A DNA stretch of 64,000 bases from an uncultured Gemmatimonadaceae bacterium (lineage in GTDB: Bacteria > Latescibacterota > UBA2968 > UBA8231): assembly GCA_964401715.1 (NCBI GenBank), contig CAYNZV010000005.1, positions 2,781 to 66,780 on the forward strand, read 5' to 3'. This document shows positions 9,689 to 19,231 of the stretch, one piece after another (the stretch's first letter is position 1; every line of letters starts with the position of its first letter). The notes beneath the pieces are model-generated. The model was not told where the DNA came from, did no database searches, and saw only the letters and a list, made by a program, of their open reading frames with translations. The position numbers were made by a program, and so were the translations under genes.

Positions 9689-10180
9689 CTATTCGACTGG
9701 GGCTCCGGCAGTGATCCAAGCGCGGATCATTTCGATTTGATCAGGCGTAAGGGGCGAGCGGTTCAACGGCATCTGCGAGTTCACGTCCCTGTCGCCCCGC
9801 ACTTTCTTGAACAGATAGGAAGCCTCCGGATCGCCCGGTTCAATCCGATTCAAGTTGCTCTGAGTGCTGGTTACACCGATGATCTCGTCGGCAATACGTT
9901 CGGCAACCAACGACATGTTCGCAGCAACGAAACTCCCACCGTGACAACCGGAGGAGGTGCAGTTGGGCGTGAAGATCTCGTCGCTTAACTGCTTCAAGGT
10001 GATGGTCACACCGTTATCGCCGCCATTGTTCGCGTCAGTTTCGCCGTTGCCATCACCGTTGTCGACGTCATCTGCTACCAGTGGGGCGCCGTCAGGGCCC
10101 AGACTGGTGCCATCTCCCGCGCAACCAACGAAAAATGCGGCTAGTAGAAATACTGCCACGCGAATCTTCAAATCGACCAT
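9689..10180 (-). CDS. Lipoprotein with cytochrome-c-like (planctomycete PSCyt-type) C-terminal domain
   Basis: Lipobox LAAFFVGC, a D/G/N-rich linker, then FTPNCTSSGCHGG ... MPLNRSPLTPDQIEMIRAWITAGAP. The Cys spacing is CX4CH rather than CXXCH. Confidence 0.5.
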   Translation of the reverse strand: MVDLKIRVAVFLLAAFFVGCAGDGTSLGPDGAPLVADDVDNGDGNGETDANNGGDNGVTITLKQLSDEIFTPNCTSSGCHGGSFVAANMSLVAERIADEIIGVTSTQSNLNRIEPGDPEASYLFKKVRGDRDVNSQMPLNRSPLTPDQIEMIRAWITAGAPVE

Positions 10181-10274
10181 CCTGCACTCCCGGAAAGGTT
10201 TAGGTACTCTCTGAAGGTGTGATATTAACTGGTGGAATAAGACAGGTCAACAAGCGCAAAAAACCCCAACGATG

Positions 10275-11263
10275 TTATGTCCTGTTTGATGCATTATAGT
10301 TGCAATCGGTTGTTCGATCCTGCAGAAACTCGAATGTCTGTCGGGCCACGATCAGCTCCTCGTCGGAGTGCAGCACGTAAAGATGAACTCGACTTGATTG
10401 GGCATGAAGGGAACCCCCGCCTCGGGTTGCGGAGTTCCGCTTCGTATCCATCTTCACGCCGAGGAACTCCAGTTTTTGCAGCACCTATAGGCGAACCTTG
10501 GCTGAATGCTCGACGATCGCTCCATTGAAGCTGATGGCATCCAATCCTCCCAATGCGACGACATAGGCGCCGAGATAGTCACGAATTGCCGACGCCAAAA
10601 CCTCGATCGCCAACACACACCTCTCGTTGCCGGCTGCGGCTTGTTCCTCGATGTCGCGCATGTCGCTATAGCCGCAAATACCTAAAAGACCAGAGCGAGA
10701 GCCGCATAGCTCAAGAACTTCGGAGAAAGAGAGTTGTTCCGCGCGCATAACCAGATCGATGGCGAATGGATCCAAATCCCCAGTGCGATTGTTCTGAGAC
10801 ACCTCGCACTGGGGACTGATGCCGTGAGAAGCCCCCAAAGACTCGCCGTCTTTGATGGCGCAGAGAGAGGATTAACCTCCGAGGTGACAGTTTATGTGCC
10901 GCAATGCTCGCTTTCCTTCCTACGTCATCACTTTCTCGGCGGCGTAGCGGTAACTGGCATCGTGAAACTCGTATCTGCGCACCCCGTGTTTCTCGTACCA
11001 ATCGTACGGAACAGCGTAGAACTGACGACGCAGCGGCACGCTGCTGTGAAAAGCGGTTTCGAAACATCCCATCACTCGTAGTTCGCCAGCGGGCGTTGGC
11101 TATCGATCTCAGCTGTTGCCCCGATTTGGTAGACATGGCAGGACAACGCTCCGCCTATGCGGTCCATGGATCCACGCGCCAGCACAGAAGCGGACGGCAT
11201 CCCATACAGCTTGTATTTGAACGAAGTGCTACCGAGATTTGCAGCGAGAATCTTCACGAACAC
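10275..11263 (-). pseudogene. ackA: Acetate kinase, heavily decayed
   Basis: Fragments in order: ILAANLGSTSFKYKLY (N-terminus), CFETAFHSSVPLRRQFYAVPYDWYEKHGVRRYEFHDASYRY, NCHLGG*SSLCAIKDGESLGASHGISP...NNRTGDLDPFAI, GGLDAISFNGAIVEHSAKVRL*VLQKLEFLGVKMD...LHSDEELIVARQT. Stops lie at 11072, 10920, 10872 and 10485. About 80 residues are lost after residue 63. HGTSH has become HDASY. Confidence 0.75.
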
Positions 11264-11371
11264 CTGTCCTTGGCTGGGGGCATCACCGCTGAGAATCTAC
11301 CCGTGGCAGGAGATACCGTATCTGCGCCAGCGTTGCTTGTCAAGACTACAGACCCCTCGTAGTTTACGCTT

Positions 11372-12175
11372 ATGGACTGGGTTCAAGCGCTGTTGCTCGG
11401 CGTCTTGCAGGGCCTGACCGAATTCCTTCCCATTAGCAGCACGGCTCATCTGCGCGTCGTTCCCCACTTCTTGGGCTGGGCAGATCCCGGCGCAGCATTC
11501 TCCGCGGTCATCCAGCTGGGCACTTTAGCTGCCGTATTTGTTTATTTCGCCGCCTATGTCAAGCGCCTCTGCATCGCCGCTTTTCTCTCAGTACGTCATC
11601 GAAGCTTCACCCACTCGGACGATGCCCGGTTGGCCTGGTCAATACTTCCCGGCACGGTGCCCATTGCTGTTTTCGGACTTGGATTCAAAGGCTTCATAGA
11701 ATCGGGCGCCCGCGATCTGCGTCTGATTGCGGCGGCACTTATCGCCTTGGCGTTGCTATTGTTGGTGGCGGAACTCTGGAGCCGGCGCTCGCGGGCAATG
11801 ACCGATCTGAGTTTCGGACAGATCCAGTTTATTGGTCTGTGCCAAGCTCTGGCCCTCATTCCCGGTTGTTCTCGTTCCGGGGCCACGATCATGGGCGGTC
11901 TTGTGGTTGGTCTACGGCGAGAAGACGCCGCGCGCTTTTCGTTTATTCTAGGCCTACCCGCCATAGGAGCCAGCGGCCTGTTACAGCTGTACGAACTAGC
12001 GGAGCGCGGAATGGGAACAGATGGTTTTGTCCATCTCGGAATAGGTATCGCGGCGGCCGCGGTGAGCGGCTACGCGGCAATTCGATTCTTACTCCGGTTC
12101 CTGCAACGTCATGGAACCTACCTTTTTTCCGCATACCGCATAATCCTCGGCGGCACTATCTTCATAAGCATTTGA
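11372..12175 (+). CDS. uppP: Undecaprenyl-diphosphate phosphatase
   Basis: 267 aa, polytopic, with BacA/UppP motifs LQGLTEFLPISSTAHL and PGCSRSGATI. Confidence 0.93.
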   Translation: MDWVQALLLGVLQGLTEFLPISSTAHLRVVPHFLGWADPGAAFSAVIQLGTLAAVFVYFAAYVKRLCIAAFLSVRHRSFTHSDDARLAWSILPGTVPIAVFGLGFKGFIESGARDLRLIAAALIALALLLLVAELWSRRSRAMTDLSFGQIQFIGLCQALALIPGCSRSGATIMGGLVVGLRREDAARFSFILGLPAIGASGLLQLYELAERGMGTDGFVHLGIGIAAAAVSGYAAIRFLLRFLQRHGTYLFSAYRIILGGTIFISI

Positions 12176-12200
12176 AAACCCCATTTGCAGGGAGAGTCCA

Positions 12201-12965
12201 ATGTACCCCAACCCGTTGAAAGAAAAGATTCGCTCCGGCAATCTCGTCCTCGGTACCTTATTGCCGGCATTTACACCCCACGTTGCCGGCGTAGTCATTG
12301 ACATCCAACCCGATTTCATGTGGATCGACACGGAACACTCACCTTACGGCACCGAGGTACTCGACGTCATCCCAGTCATGGCGCGCAGCAAAGGCGTCGC
12401 CCCAATGATCAGGGTCGCGTGGAACGACCCAGCCCTCATCAAGAAAGCGTACGATGTGGGCGCGGTGGCGGTTATGGTGCCGCAAGTGGATTCGGCCGAG
12501 GAAGCCGCCCTTGCTGTGCAATACGCGAAGTACCCTCCAGAAGGCGAGCGCGGTTTGACACCGTCATGGACGCGTGTTGCCGGTGAGGACTTCAATCATG
12601 TCATCAAGACGGCAAACGAAGAGACCGTAGTTGTGCTTCAGGTTGAAAGTCAGAAGGCGTTCGACAATTTGGAAGAGATAGCCAATGTTCCGGGTGTGGA
12701 TATTCTCTTTGTCGGCCCCTTGGACCTATCGGCATCGGTGGGTACCATCAGTGATACTAAATCCAAAGACGTACAGGAGATCCTCAGAGAGGTGCCACGA
12801 CTGTTGAAAAGATCAAAGGTCGTACCCGGAACCACGTGTCCCGAAGCGGCGGACGCCCTAGAGAAGGTGGCGTGGGGATACCGATACGTGAATGTAGGCC
12901 ACGCCCTCGCGGCAGGGGCCCAACTAGTTCGTACTGCCCTCGAGACGGTGCGTGCTGGATCCTGA
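12201..12965 (+). CDS. HpcH/HpaI-family 2-keto-3-deoxy-acid aldolase
   Basis: 254 aa with WIDTEHSP, VMVPQVDSAEEA, LQVESQKA and FVGPLDLS segments typical of the HpcH/HpaI aldolase family. Confidence 0.85.
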   Translation: MYPNPLKEKIRSGNLVLGTLLPAFTPHVAGVVIDIQPDFMWIDTEHSPYGTEVLDVIPVMARSKGVAPMIRVAWNDPALIKKAYDVGAVAVMVPQVDSAEEAALAVQYAKYPPEGERGLTPSWTRVAGEDFNHVIKTANEETVVVLQVESQKAFDNLEEIANVPGVDILFVGPLDLSASVGTISDTKSKDVQEILREVPRLLKRSKVVPGTTCPEAADALEKVAWGYRYVNVGHALAAGAQLVRTALETVRAGS

Positions 12966-13566
12966 TCAGGATTCACCGTTCAGATTTTCTGCGGTCTCGA
13001 TCAGTATTGCGTCGTGAATACTGTTTTCCATGAGGAAATAATCGGCACCTGCTTCGAAGCCGAGCATGCGATCCTCTTGGCGGTCCTTGTAAGAAACAAT
13101 CATGACGGGAATTGATTTTGGTGCATGATCTTCATTGATCAAACGGACCAACGCGATTCCGTTCATAAGCGGCATGTCCTCGCCGGTTACGTAGAGATCG
13201 TATAGATCTGTGCACACGAATTTCCAGCCGTCCATGCCGTCTACCTGCTACTTCGACTCTATAGTCGCGATTTTCGAGTAACCTGCCCTCCACCCGGTAG
13301 GCCGCAATGGAATCGCAAAGGACCAAAACCCGTTTCGGTGGCCACTCTTCGCAGTCACCTTCCGAGGTGGCGATTTCGACCAATCACCCCCAGCAATTAG
13401 TCTTTCCATGGAGCGTACGAAATCATCTCCGATAAGAGCTGGGCTGCCATCTCCCATCAACACCACAACGCGGATATTTGTTGATTTTACCTAACCTGTG
13501 GTCATTGGGTCGCACCACAAGATCGACCTCTCCCAGCAAACTATCGATCACCAAGCCGTGGCGTAA
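12966..13566 (-). pseudogene. 5'-truncated, frameshifted remnant of a CheA-receiver hybrid histidine kinase
   Basis: HGLVIDSLLGEVDLVVRPN...(shift)VLMGDGSPALIGDDFV matches the CheA P5/CheW-like C-terminus. It is followed, after 2 more frameshifts, by a receiver domain (KRVLVLCDSIAAYRVEG... / DGWKFVCTDLYDLYVTGEDMPLMNG...GADYFLMEN). In that domain the acidic pocket (DD to CD), the phospho-Asp (to Gly) and the conserved Lys (to Glu) are all lost. Confidence 0.6.
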
Positions 13567-13569
13567 CAG

Positions 13570-15027
13570 CTAGCGAGTGCTTTTGCCTGCAAGCACGAAC
13601 CAAATGGTTCGCAGCATGATTTTGAGGTCGAGTTTCAGCGAGATGTTCTCGATGTAGTAGAGATCATACTCCAGTCGTTCCTTGGCGATGGCTACCACGT
13701 CGCTGGAATTGATGTCGAATTCGTGTTTGGACTGCGCCCATCCCAGTAGTCCAGGTTTGATATTGAAGCGACGCATATATAACGGTATCTCTTGGCGAAA
13801 CCGTTCCACGAAGTAAGGACGCTCCGGTCGCGGACCAACAAGACTCATGTCTCCGCGGAGGAAATTGATGCACTGAGGCACCTCGTCCAAGTGAAGTGCC
13901 CGCAATACTCTACCCATTCGAGTGATGCGTGGATCTTCACCTTTCACCCAGACCGGTCCAGTTCGTTCTTCGGCGTCGATGAACATGGACCGGAATTTGT
14001 AGATGGTAAACCTGCGGCCATCCTTGCCGATTCGGTCCTGGCGAAAGAACACCGGCCCCCTCGAGTCGATGACGATGCCTAAGCCCACCAAAATCCACAA
14101 TGGAGCAAGCCCGAGGCCGATCAGTATCGCGACCGAACTATCAATGGTTCGTTTCACCGTTTGCTCCCACGCCGGCATTAACTGCGGCCGTAGTTCCATC
14201 AGCGGTACGCCGTGGATCTGATTTGTGCGGACGTGGCCGGTTACGATGTCGTACAGATCTGGCGTGATACTGAACGATACCGGGTAATTGCCGGCTGCAT
14301 TGACTATTTCGAGAATCTCTTCGTGGGAATTCGATTGCAAGGCAATCAGTACAGAGTCGACTGCGTGTTTTTCAATAATGCTCGAGAGTTCGCTGACGGG
14401 TCCCAATACGGGCATTTCGTTTTGCTGTAAATAGTTCTCTTCGTCAGTGTACACGAAACCGATCACGTTGAATCCCTGACCCGGCGAAATGCGAAGATCG
14501 TGCATCAACCGCTCACCCCTCGCCTCCGTTCCCACGATTACCGTGTTCCGTTTGCCGATGCCGCGCAAAAGCAACTGCCGTTCGAAACTGCGTACTGCTA
14601 CCCGAGCAATGGAAACGGAAACTAAGAGCACCGCCCAGTAAGTAAACAACAACGCTCTAGTCAATTTGAACGGTTGCGCCCAGTCGAAAGTAGCTACAAA
14701 CAATAACAGAGCGCCCAAGGTCACCACCTTGAAGAGCTCGAGAACTTCATCGAAACGGGATTGTGGCGCCTTGCTTGAATAAGAGCCGAGAAAACCAAAC
14801 AGTAGGAACCAACAGAAATACACGACCAGCAGCGGAATCAAATAGTACTCAAGAGCGTACCAAAATGTAGGTGCCGCTACCGAATGGGGATGTAACCGTT
14901 GCCAGCTACGTACGACGTTGTCGAGCTGACCGCCGACGAACTTGGTCCACAGAAACAGGAACGATACTAGGTTTATGACGACAAAGTCGGCAAAAATCAA
15001 TAGGACCTTGTCTTGCACCTTATTCAT
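13570..15027 (-). CDS. Polyprenyl-phosphate sugar phosphotransferase (WbaP/EpsB-type priming enzyme)
   Basis: N-terminal TM helices, a CoA-binding-like domain, and a C-terminal bacterial sugar transferase domain (LVGPRPERPYF, KPGLLGWAQ). The start is set to ATG 15027 (ATGA overlap with the upstream stop). Confidence 0.9.
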   Translation of the reverse strand: MNKVQDKVLLIFADFVVINLVSFLFLWTKFVGGQLDNVVRSWQRLHPHSVAAPTFWYALEYYLIPLLVVYFCWFLLFGFLGSYSSKAPQSRFDEVLELFKVVTLGALLLFVATFDWAQPFKLTRALLFTYWAVLLVSVSIARVAVRSFERQLLLRGIGKRNTVIVGTEARGERLMHDLRISPGQGFNVIGFVYTDEENYLQQNEMPVLGPVSELSSIIEKHAVDSVLIALQSNSHEEILEIVNAAGNYPVSFSITPDLYDIVTGHVRTNQIHGVPLMELRPQLMPAWEQTVKRTIDSSVAILIGLGLAPLWILVGLGIVIDSRGPVFFRQDRIGKDGRRFTIYKFRSMFIDAEERTGPVWVKGEDPRITRMGRVLRALHLDEVPQCINFLRGDMSLVGPRPERPYFVERFRQEIPLYMRRFNIKPGLLGWAQSKHEFDINSSDVVAIAKERLEYDLYYIENISLKLDLKIMLRTIWFVLAGKSTR

Positions 15028-16172
15028 TGTCGACGCTCTACAGGCTTCCAAGTGGAAACCCGCTTGCCAGCGATGAAACTAAAGAATCCGAATAATGCTC
15101 CCAGGTTGATGGCACAGAAGTAGGTTGGTACGTAAAACAGAAACACGCGGCCCAGAATCCGTCTCTCCAAGCTGCCGACCAGAGCCAAAGCGTAAAACGC
15201 GAGTTGCGCGATCAGCAGATATTGAAAGATCGCTTCCGATGACAACAGCAGGTTCGTCACGAACGCAACGAATAGAAAAACAGGAACTAACCAACGCATG
15301 AGCTTGTGCGAGAACATCTGCCATGCGAAAAATCTGTGTTTCAGAGGATTCAGGACACCTGCTTCCCGCCATAGTCCGTACCAGCTTCGCGCGATTATGC
15401 GCTGGCGTCTGCGAAACTCATCTCGGTAAGTGGCCCCGGTGGTTTCAATTGCCACGGCGTCGGGGACGTACACCACGCGAAATCCCTTTCGCCACACCCG
15501 GACCGGCATGATGAAATCGCTGATAATAGCCTGGTCCAACTCGTCGAACAACTCGCGTCGTAACGCGTAAATTCCGCCGTTGGCACCCAAAGTCGAACTC
15601 AAGCGACTTTCCTGGCGCTTCAGAAACCGCTCGTAGCGCCAGTACAATCCTTCTCCTTCTCCGGCTCCTTCCGCGCCCGGATTGCGGTAACGCAATTCAC
15701 CGCATACCGACCCCACCGCAGGTTCCTCAAACGGACGTACCAACTCGCTAAGAGCATCACTTGCGAAAATGCTGTTAGCGTCCGAAAAAACTAGGATATC
15801 GCCAGTTGCTAAACGAACGCCGGCGTTTTGCGCGATGGTTTTCCCGCTCTGTTGTTCCATACGCTTGAACTGGACACCTCGGTTGCGATAAGACGCGATA
15901 ACTTCATCAGTGCCGTCGTCGGAACAATCGGAAACAGCGATTATCTCTAGTTTCTCAGCGGGATACGACAGGGACAACGTATTTTCCAGCTTCTCGGCGA
16001 TTACCGCAATCTCGTTGTACGCTGCGAGAATCAACGAGACCTTCGGTTCAGCAGTTGAGTCGGGGAACGTTTGTCTTGGACGCCCAAACGTCAAAAGCCA
16101 AAGTAAAGCCGGATACAGCAGATAGGTATAGACAATCAAAAACAAGGAAACTGCGAAAACGTCGACGAGCAT
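15024..16172 (-). CDS. Family 2 glycosyltransferase with C-terminal TM helices
   Basis: LILAAYNE...VSDCSDDGTDE...FSDANS GT-A core plus membrane helices. The start is set to ATG 16172, which shares 1 nt with the upstream TAA. Confidence 0.85.
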   Translation of the reverse strand: MLVDVFAVSLFLIVYTYLLYPALLWLLTFGRPRQTFPDSTAEPKVSLILAAYNEIAVIAEKLENTLSLSYPAEKLEIIAVSDCSDDGTDEVIASYRNRGVQFKRMEQQSGKTIAQNAGVRLATGDILVFSDANSIFASDALSELVRPFEEPAVGSVCGELRYRNPGAEGAGEGEGLYWRYERFLKRQESRLSSTLGANGGIYALRRELFDELDQAIISDFIMPVRVWRKGFRVVYVPDAVAIETTGATYRDEFRRRQRIIARSWYGLWREAGVLNPLKHRFFAWQMFSHKLMRWLVPVFLFVAFVTNLLLSSEAIFQYLLIAQLAFYALALVGSLERRILGRVFLFYVPTYFCAINLGALFGFFSFIAGKRVSTWKPVERRQ

Positions 16173-17878
16173 TAGCTTTCTGGAAGCTTCGAAACAAGCA
16201 ACGGTCCTAGCACCAGGTGCTTCAGTCCAGAGTTGTTGAATACGCGGACGGCATCGGCGGCGGAACAAACGATCGGCTCGCCATGAAGATTGAAGGAAGT
16301 GTTTAGGAGTACGTGACGGTTAGTGAGGTCGCCGAAATAGTTCAGTATGCTGACGTAGCGGTCGTTCTGACCGGGTTCCAAAAGCTGTGGTCTCGCGGTT
16401 AGGTCGGCGTTGTGTACGGCAGCCATGAATTCATCGCGTGAAGAAGATGAATCGAACGTATTCATCATATACGGCGACGACAGTTCTTTCGGGTTGTCGA
16501 AATAAATCGCTGCTTTGTCCCGTTGTACTACCGGCGCGAATGGCATCCAAAAGTCTCGATTTTTGATCATTCTGTTGATGACGCGGACGACGTCTTGGTT
16601 GATTGGGTCGGCAAGAATGGATCGATTTCCCAGTGCTCTGGCGCCGAATTCCATCGGTCCCGCGGCTCGAGCGACGATTTCGCCTGCTGCCAAGAGTTGC
16701 GCTGTGCGCAGCTCGAGATCACTCGGCTCCTCGACGTCAACTCGGTCCAAACCGGTTACCGCGCTTCGACAGGACCGTAGGGTGAGGTCGTTGCCAAGGT
16801 AGCAGTGGTCGAGCGGTTGGACCTCATGGCCGGCCGCCTTCGCCGTTAAATAACATGCGCCAAAGGAAAGCGTTTCATCTCCACACGACGGCAACGCCTC
16901 GAAGTATTCGACCTCCTCCAGCTCACCGATCGCCTTATTTGCCTTGACGTTCATGAACACCCCGCCGGCAGCCAGAATGCGTGATATTCCCGTCTTCTGG
17001 ACGCAGTTTTGGACCCATCGCCTGATTAAGTCTTCGGTAAACAGCTGAAGACCGGCGCAGATATTGTCGAAGCGAACGCGGCGAAGATCGTTGTCCAACC
17101 GCGGACCGAGGCGTGACAGTGGCTCACGGGTTTTACGTGCAAAACGCAGGGGATTGAGTGGATCGAGATCAACATAGGCGCCAAACAAACGCGCGACTTC
17201 CTCGGCATACTCGACGCAGCCGTACGGGGCCATGCCCATTAGCTTGTATTCGTGCTCCAACGGCATGAAACCCAAATAGTGCGTCGTGACCGCGTAGATC
17301 TCTCCGAGGCTGTCGGCCTGTGGCACTTTCGCCACCGACTCAAGCTCGCCGTTCGCCGCAATCCAAACGGAACCGGACAAACCATCGCCACCGCCATCCA
17401 AAGTGAGAATCAAGTAAGGCTGATCGTCTTTGCGTAATCCGAAGTACGCACTCGCCGCGTGCGCTCGATGATGATCGCAGAATTCAATGCGGGTCGCGTC
17501 GAACCCCCAACTGGTCACTTGTTCTTTTCTCTCCTGCATGCGTTGACGACTGCGCAAACGGCGATAAGCCGGCATTTCCGCACAGATACGCTTGAGTTTA
17601 CGCCGCATACCGTCCTTGTAACGCTGGTCAAACAGGTCTTTAATCGTGTGCGGGTGACGCGCGGAAGGAACGTATTGCGAAGCGACGCAGATCTTCTCCA
17701 CATCACTTGGCGATGCGTTGAGGGACGCCAGGAGTTCTTGAGTGGCTTGGACCGGAGGGCCGAAGTGGTTCTTGGTCCTGCTAAGGCGTTCTTCCTGAAA
17801 TGCCTTTTCTATTCGACCATTGCGTAGGACTGCCGCCGACGCGTTGTGCCCGTCAAACAATCCGAGGAATATGGACAC
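16172..17878 (-). CDS. Carbamoyltransferase (NodU/CmcH family)
   Basis: 568 aa. The N-terminus ILGLFDGHNASAAVLRNGRI...EERLSRTKNH and the overall length and architecture are typical of NodU/CmcH O-carbamoyltransferases. Confidence 0.9.
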   Translation of the reverse strand: MSIFLGLFDGHNASAAVLRNGRIEKAFQEERLSRTKNHFGPPVQATQELLASLNASPSDVEKICVASQYVPSARHPHTIKDLFDQRYKDGMRRKLKRICAEMPAYRRLRSRQRMQERKEQVTSWGFDATRIEFCDHHRAHAASAYFGLRKDDQPYLILTLDGGGDGLSGSVWIAANGELESVAKVPQADSLGEIYAVTTHYLGFMPLEHEYKLMGMAPYGCVEYAEEVARLFGAYVDLDPLNPLRFARKTREPLSRLGPRLDNDLRRVRFDNICAGLQLFTEDLIRRWVQNCVQKTGISRILAAGGVFMNVKANKAIGELEEVEYFEALPSCGDETLSFGACYLTAKAAGHEVQPLDHCYLGNDLTLRSCRSAVTGLDRVDVEEPSDLELRTAQLLAAGEIVARAAGPMEFGARALGNRSILADPINQDVVRVINRMIKNRDFWMPFAPVVQRDKAAIYFDNPKELSSPYMMNTFDSSSSRDEFMAAVHNADLTARPQLLEPGQNDRYVSILNYFGDLTNRHVLLNTSFNLHGEPIVCSAADAVRVFNNSGLKHLVLGPLLVSKLPES

Positions 17879-18068
17879 TGACCTTTCTCGTTGCGGGCAA
17901 ATAGACCGACCATAGCTTATATTGAAATCGACCTAGGAACACACAATAACAGAGGGTCCCGTAGATGTCAAGAAGAACCGGCGACTACTATTCGAAGGTT
18001 CGCTGGCTCATTCTCGTCCCACCATAGATGCGGCTCATTTTCTAATATCCCTTCCGCTCCCAATTTCG

Positions 18069-19229
18069 ATGCCTGATCACATCTGTATACTCAGCTCCGT
18101 GCATTTCACTTTCGACGTTCGCATGTTCCAGGCGGAAGCGCGCAGCCTTGCGCGCGCCGGTTTCAAAGTCAGTGTAATCGCCTTGGAAGATCCTACCAAC
18201 GACGACAGCGAGGGGATCGAAGTATTCTCCATGCCGCTACCGAAGAACAGGTTCCGCCGCATGCTTGCTACCTTACGCGTTTTGCGATTGGCACTGGACC
18301 GCAAAGCAGATCTTTACTCGTTCCACGACCCCGAGTTAATTCCCGCTTGCCTGTTGTTGAAGTTGTTCACCGGCGTGCCACTGATTTATGATGTACACGA
18401 AGACGTGCCGGAATCCATACGCAGCAAGACCTGGATTCCCGCAGCGTTGCGAATAGGTGTGGCTCGGATGTACCGACTTTTCGAGCTGTTCGCTATAAGA
18501 TTCGTCGATGGTCTAACCCTGGCGGATCACGCTTACAAACGCTATTACCGCGGTGCCAACAAGCTGGTAGTTCTGAACTATCCGCTGTTGACCTACGCCG
18601 ACTATTATCATTCTCTCGTCCCGGAAGACGGAGATGGCCCGGTACTGGTCTACGCCGGGAGTCTAACGGCACTTCGCGGTCTGTTCGACATGTTGGCTCT
18701 TGTACGGGATCTGCGAACCACGCGGCCGAACATTTGTCTCGACTTGGTTGGTCCTATTGGCTCAGCTCGAGAACGCGACCGGGCGTTGGAGCTGGTGCGA
18801 CATTACGGTATAGAGTCGAACGTTAACTTCACCGGGTTGGTTTCGCATGACGAGGTTCATCGCCACATTCTCGAAGCTGACGTGGGGCTCGCCCTTCTGC
18901 ATGCGGATCCGAACTATCTACGTTCGCTGCCGACGAAGATGTTTGAGTACATGATGATGGGCCGAGCGGTTGTGGTCTCCGATTTTCCATTGTGGAAGCA
19001 GATCCTCGAGGAGGCAAGGTGTGGCATTGCGGTCGACTCGTCGTCGGCCGCGGATGTGGTCGCTGCTGTCGAGTATCTGCTTGCACACCCGGTGGAACGA
19101 GAGCTCATGGGCAAACGCGGACGTGAGTTGGTTCTTGGAAAGTACAACTGGGAGTGCCAAAGCCCGGACTTAGTCGATTTTTACAAGACAATCTTGGCGA
19201 GGTCAACGTCCACTTGCCATAACCAGTGA
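18069..19229 (+). CDS. Family 4 (group 1) glycosyltransferase
   Basis: 386 aa with the C-terminal GT-B motif PTKMFEYMMMGRAVVVSD. Transcribed divergently from the carbamoyltransferase block. Confidence 0.85.
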   Translation: MPDHICILSSVHFTFDVRMFQAEARSLARAGFKVSVIALEDPTNDDSEGIEVFSMPLPKNRFRRMLATLRVLRLALDRKADLYSFHDPELIPACLLLKLFTGVPLIYDVHEDVPESIRSKTWIPAALRIGVARMYRLFELFAIRFVDGLTLADHAYKRYYRGANKLVVLNYPLLTYADYYHSLVPEDGDGPVLVYAGSLTALRGLFDMLALVRDLRTTRPNICLDLVGPIGSARERDRALELVRHYGIESNVNFTGLVSHDEVHRHILEADVGLALLHADPNYLRSLPTKMFEYMMMGRAVVVSDFPLWKQILEEARCGIAVDSSSAADVVAAVEYLLAHPVERELMGKRGRELVLGKYNWECQSPDLVDFYKTILARSTSTCHNQ

Positions 19230-19231
19230 GG

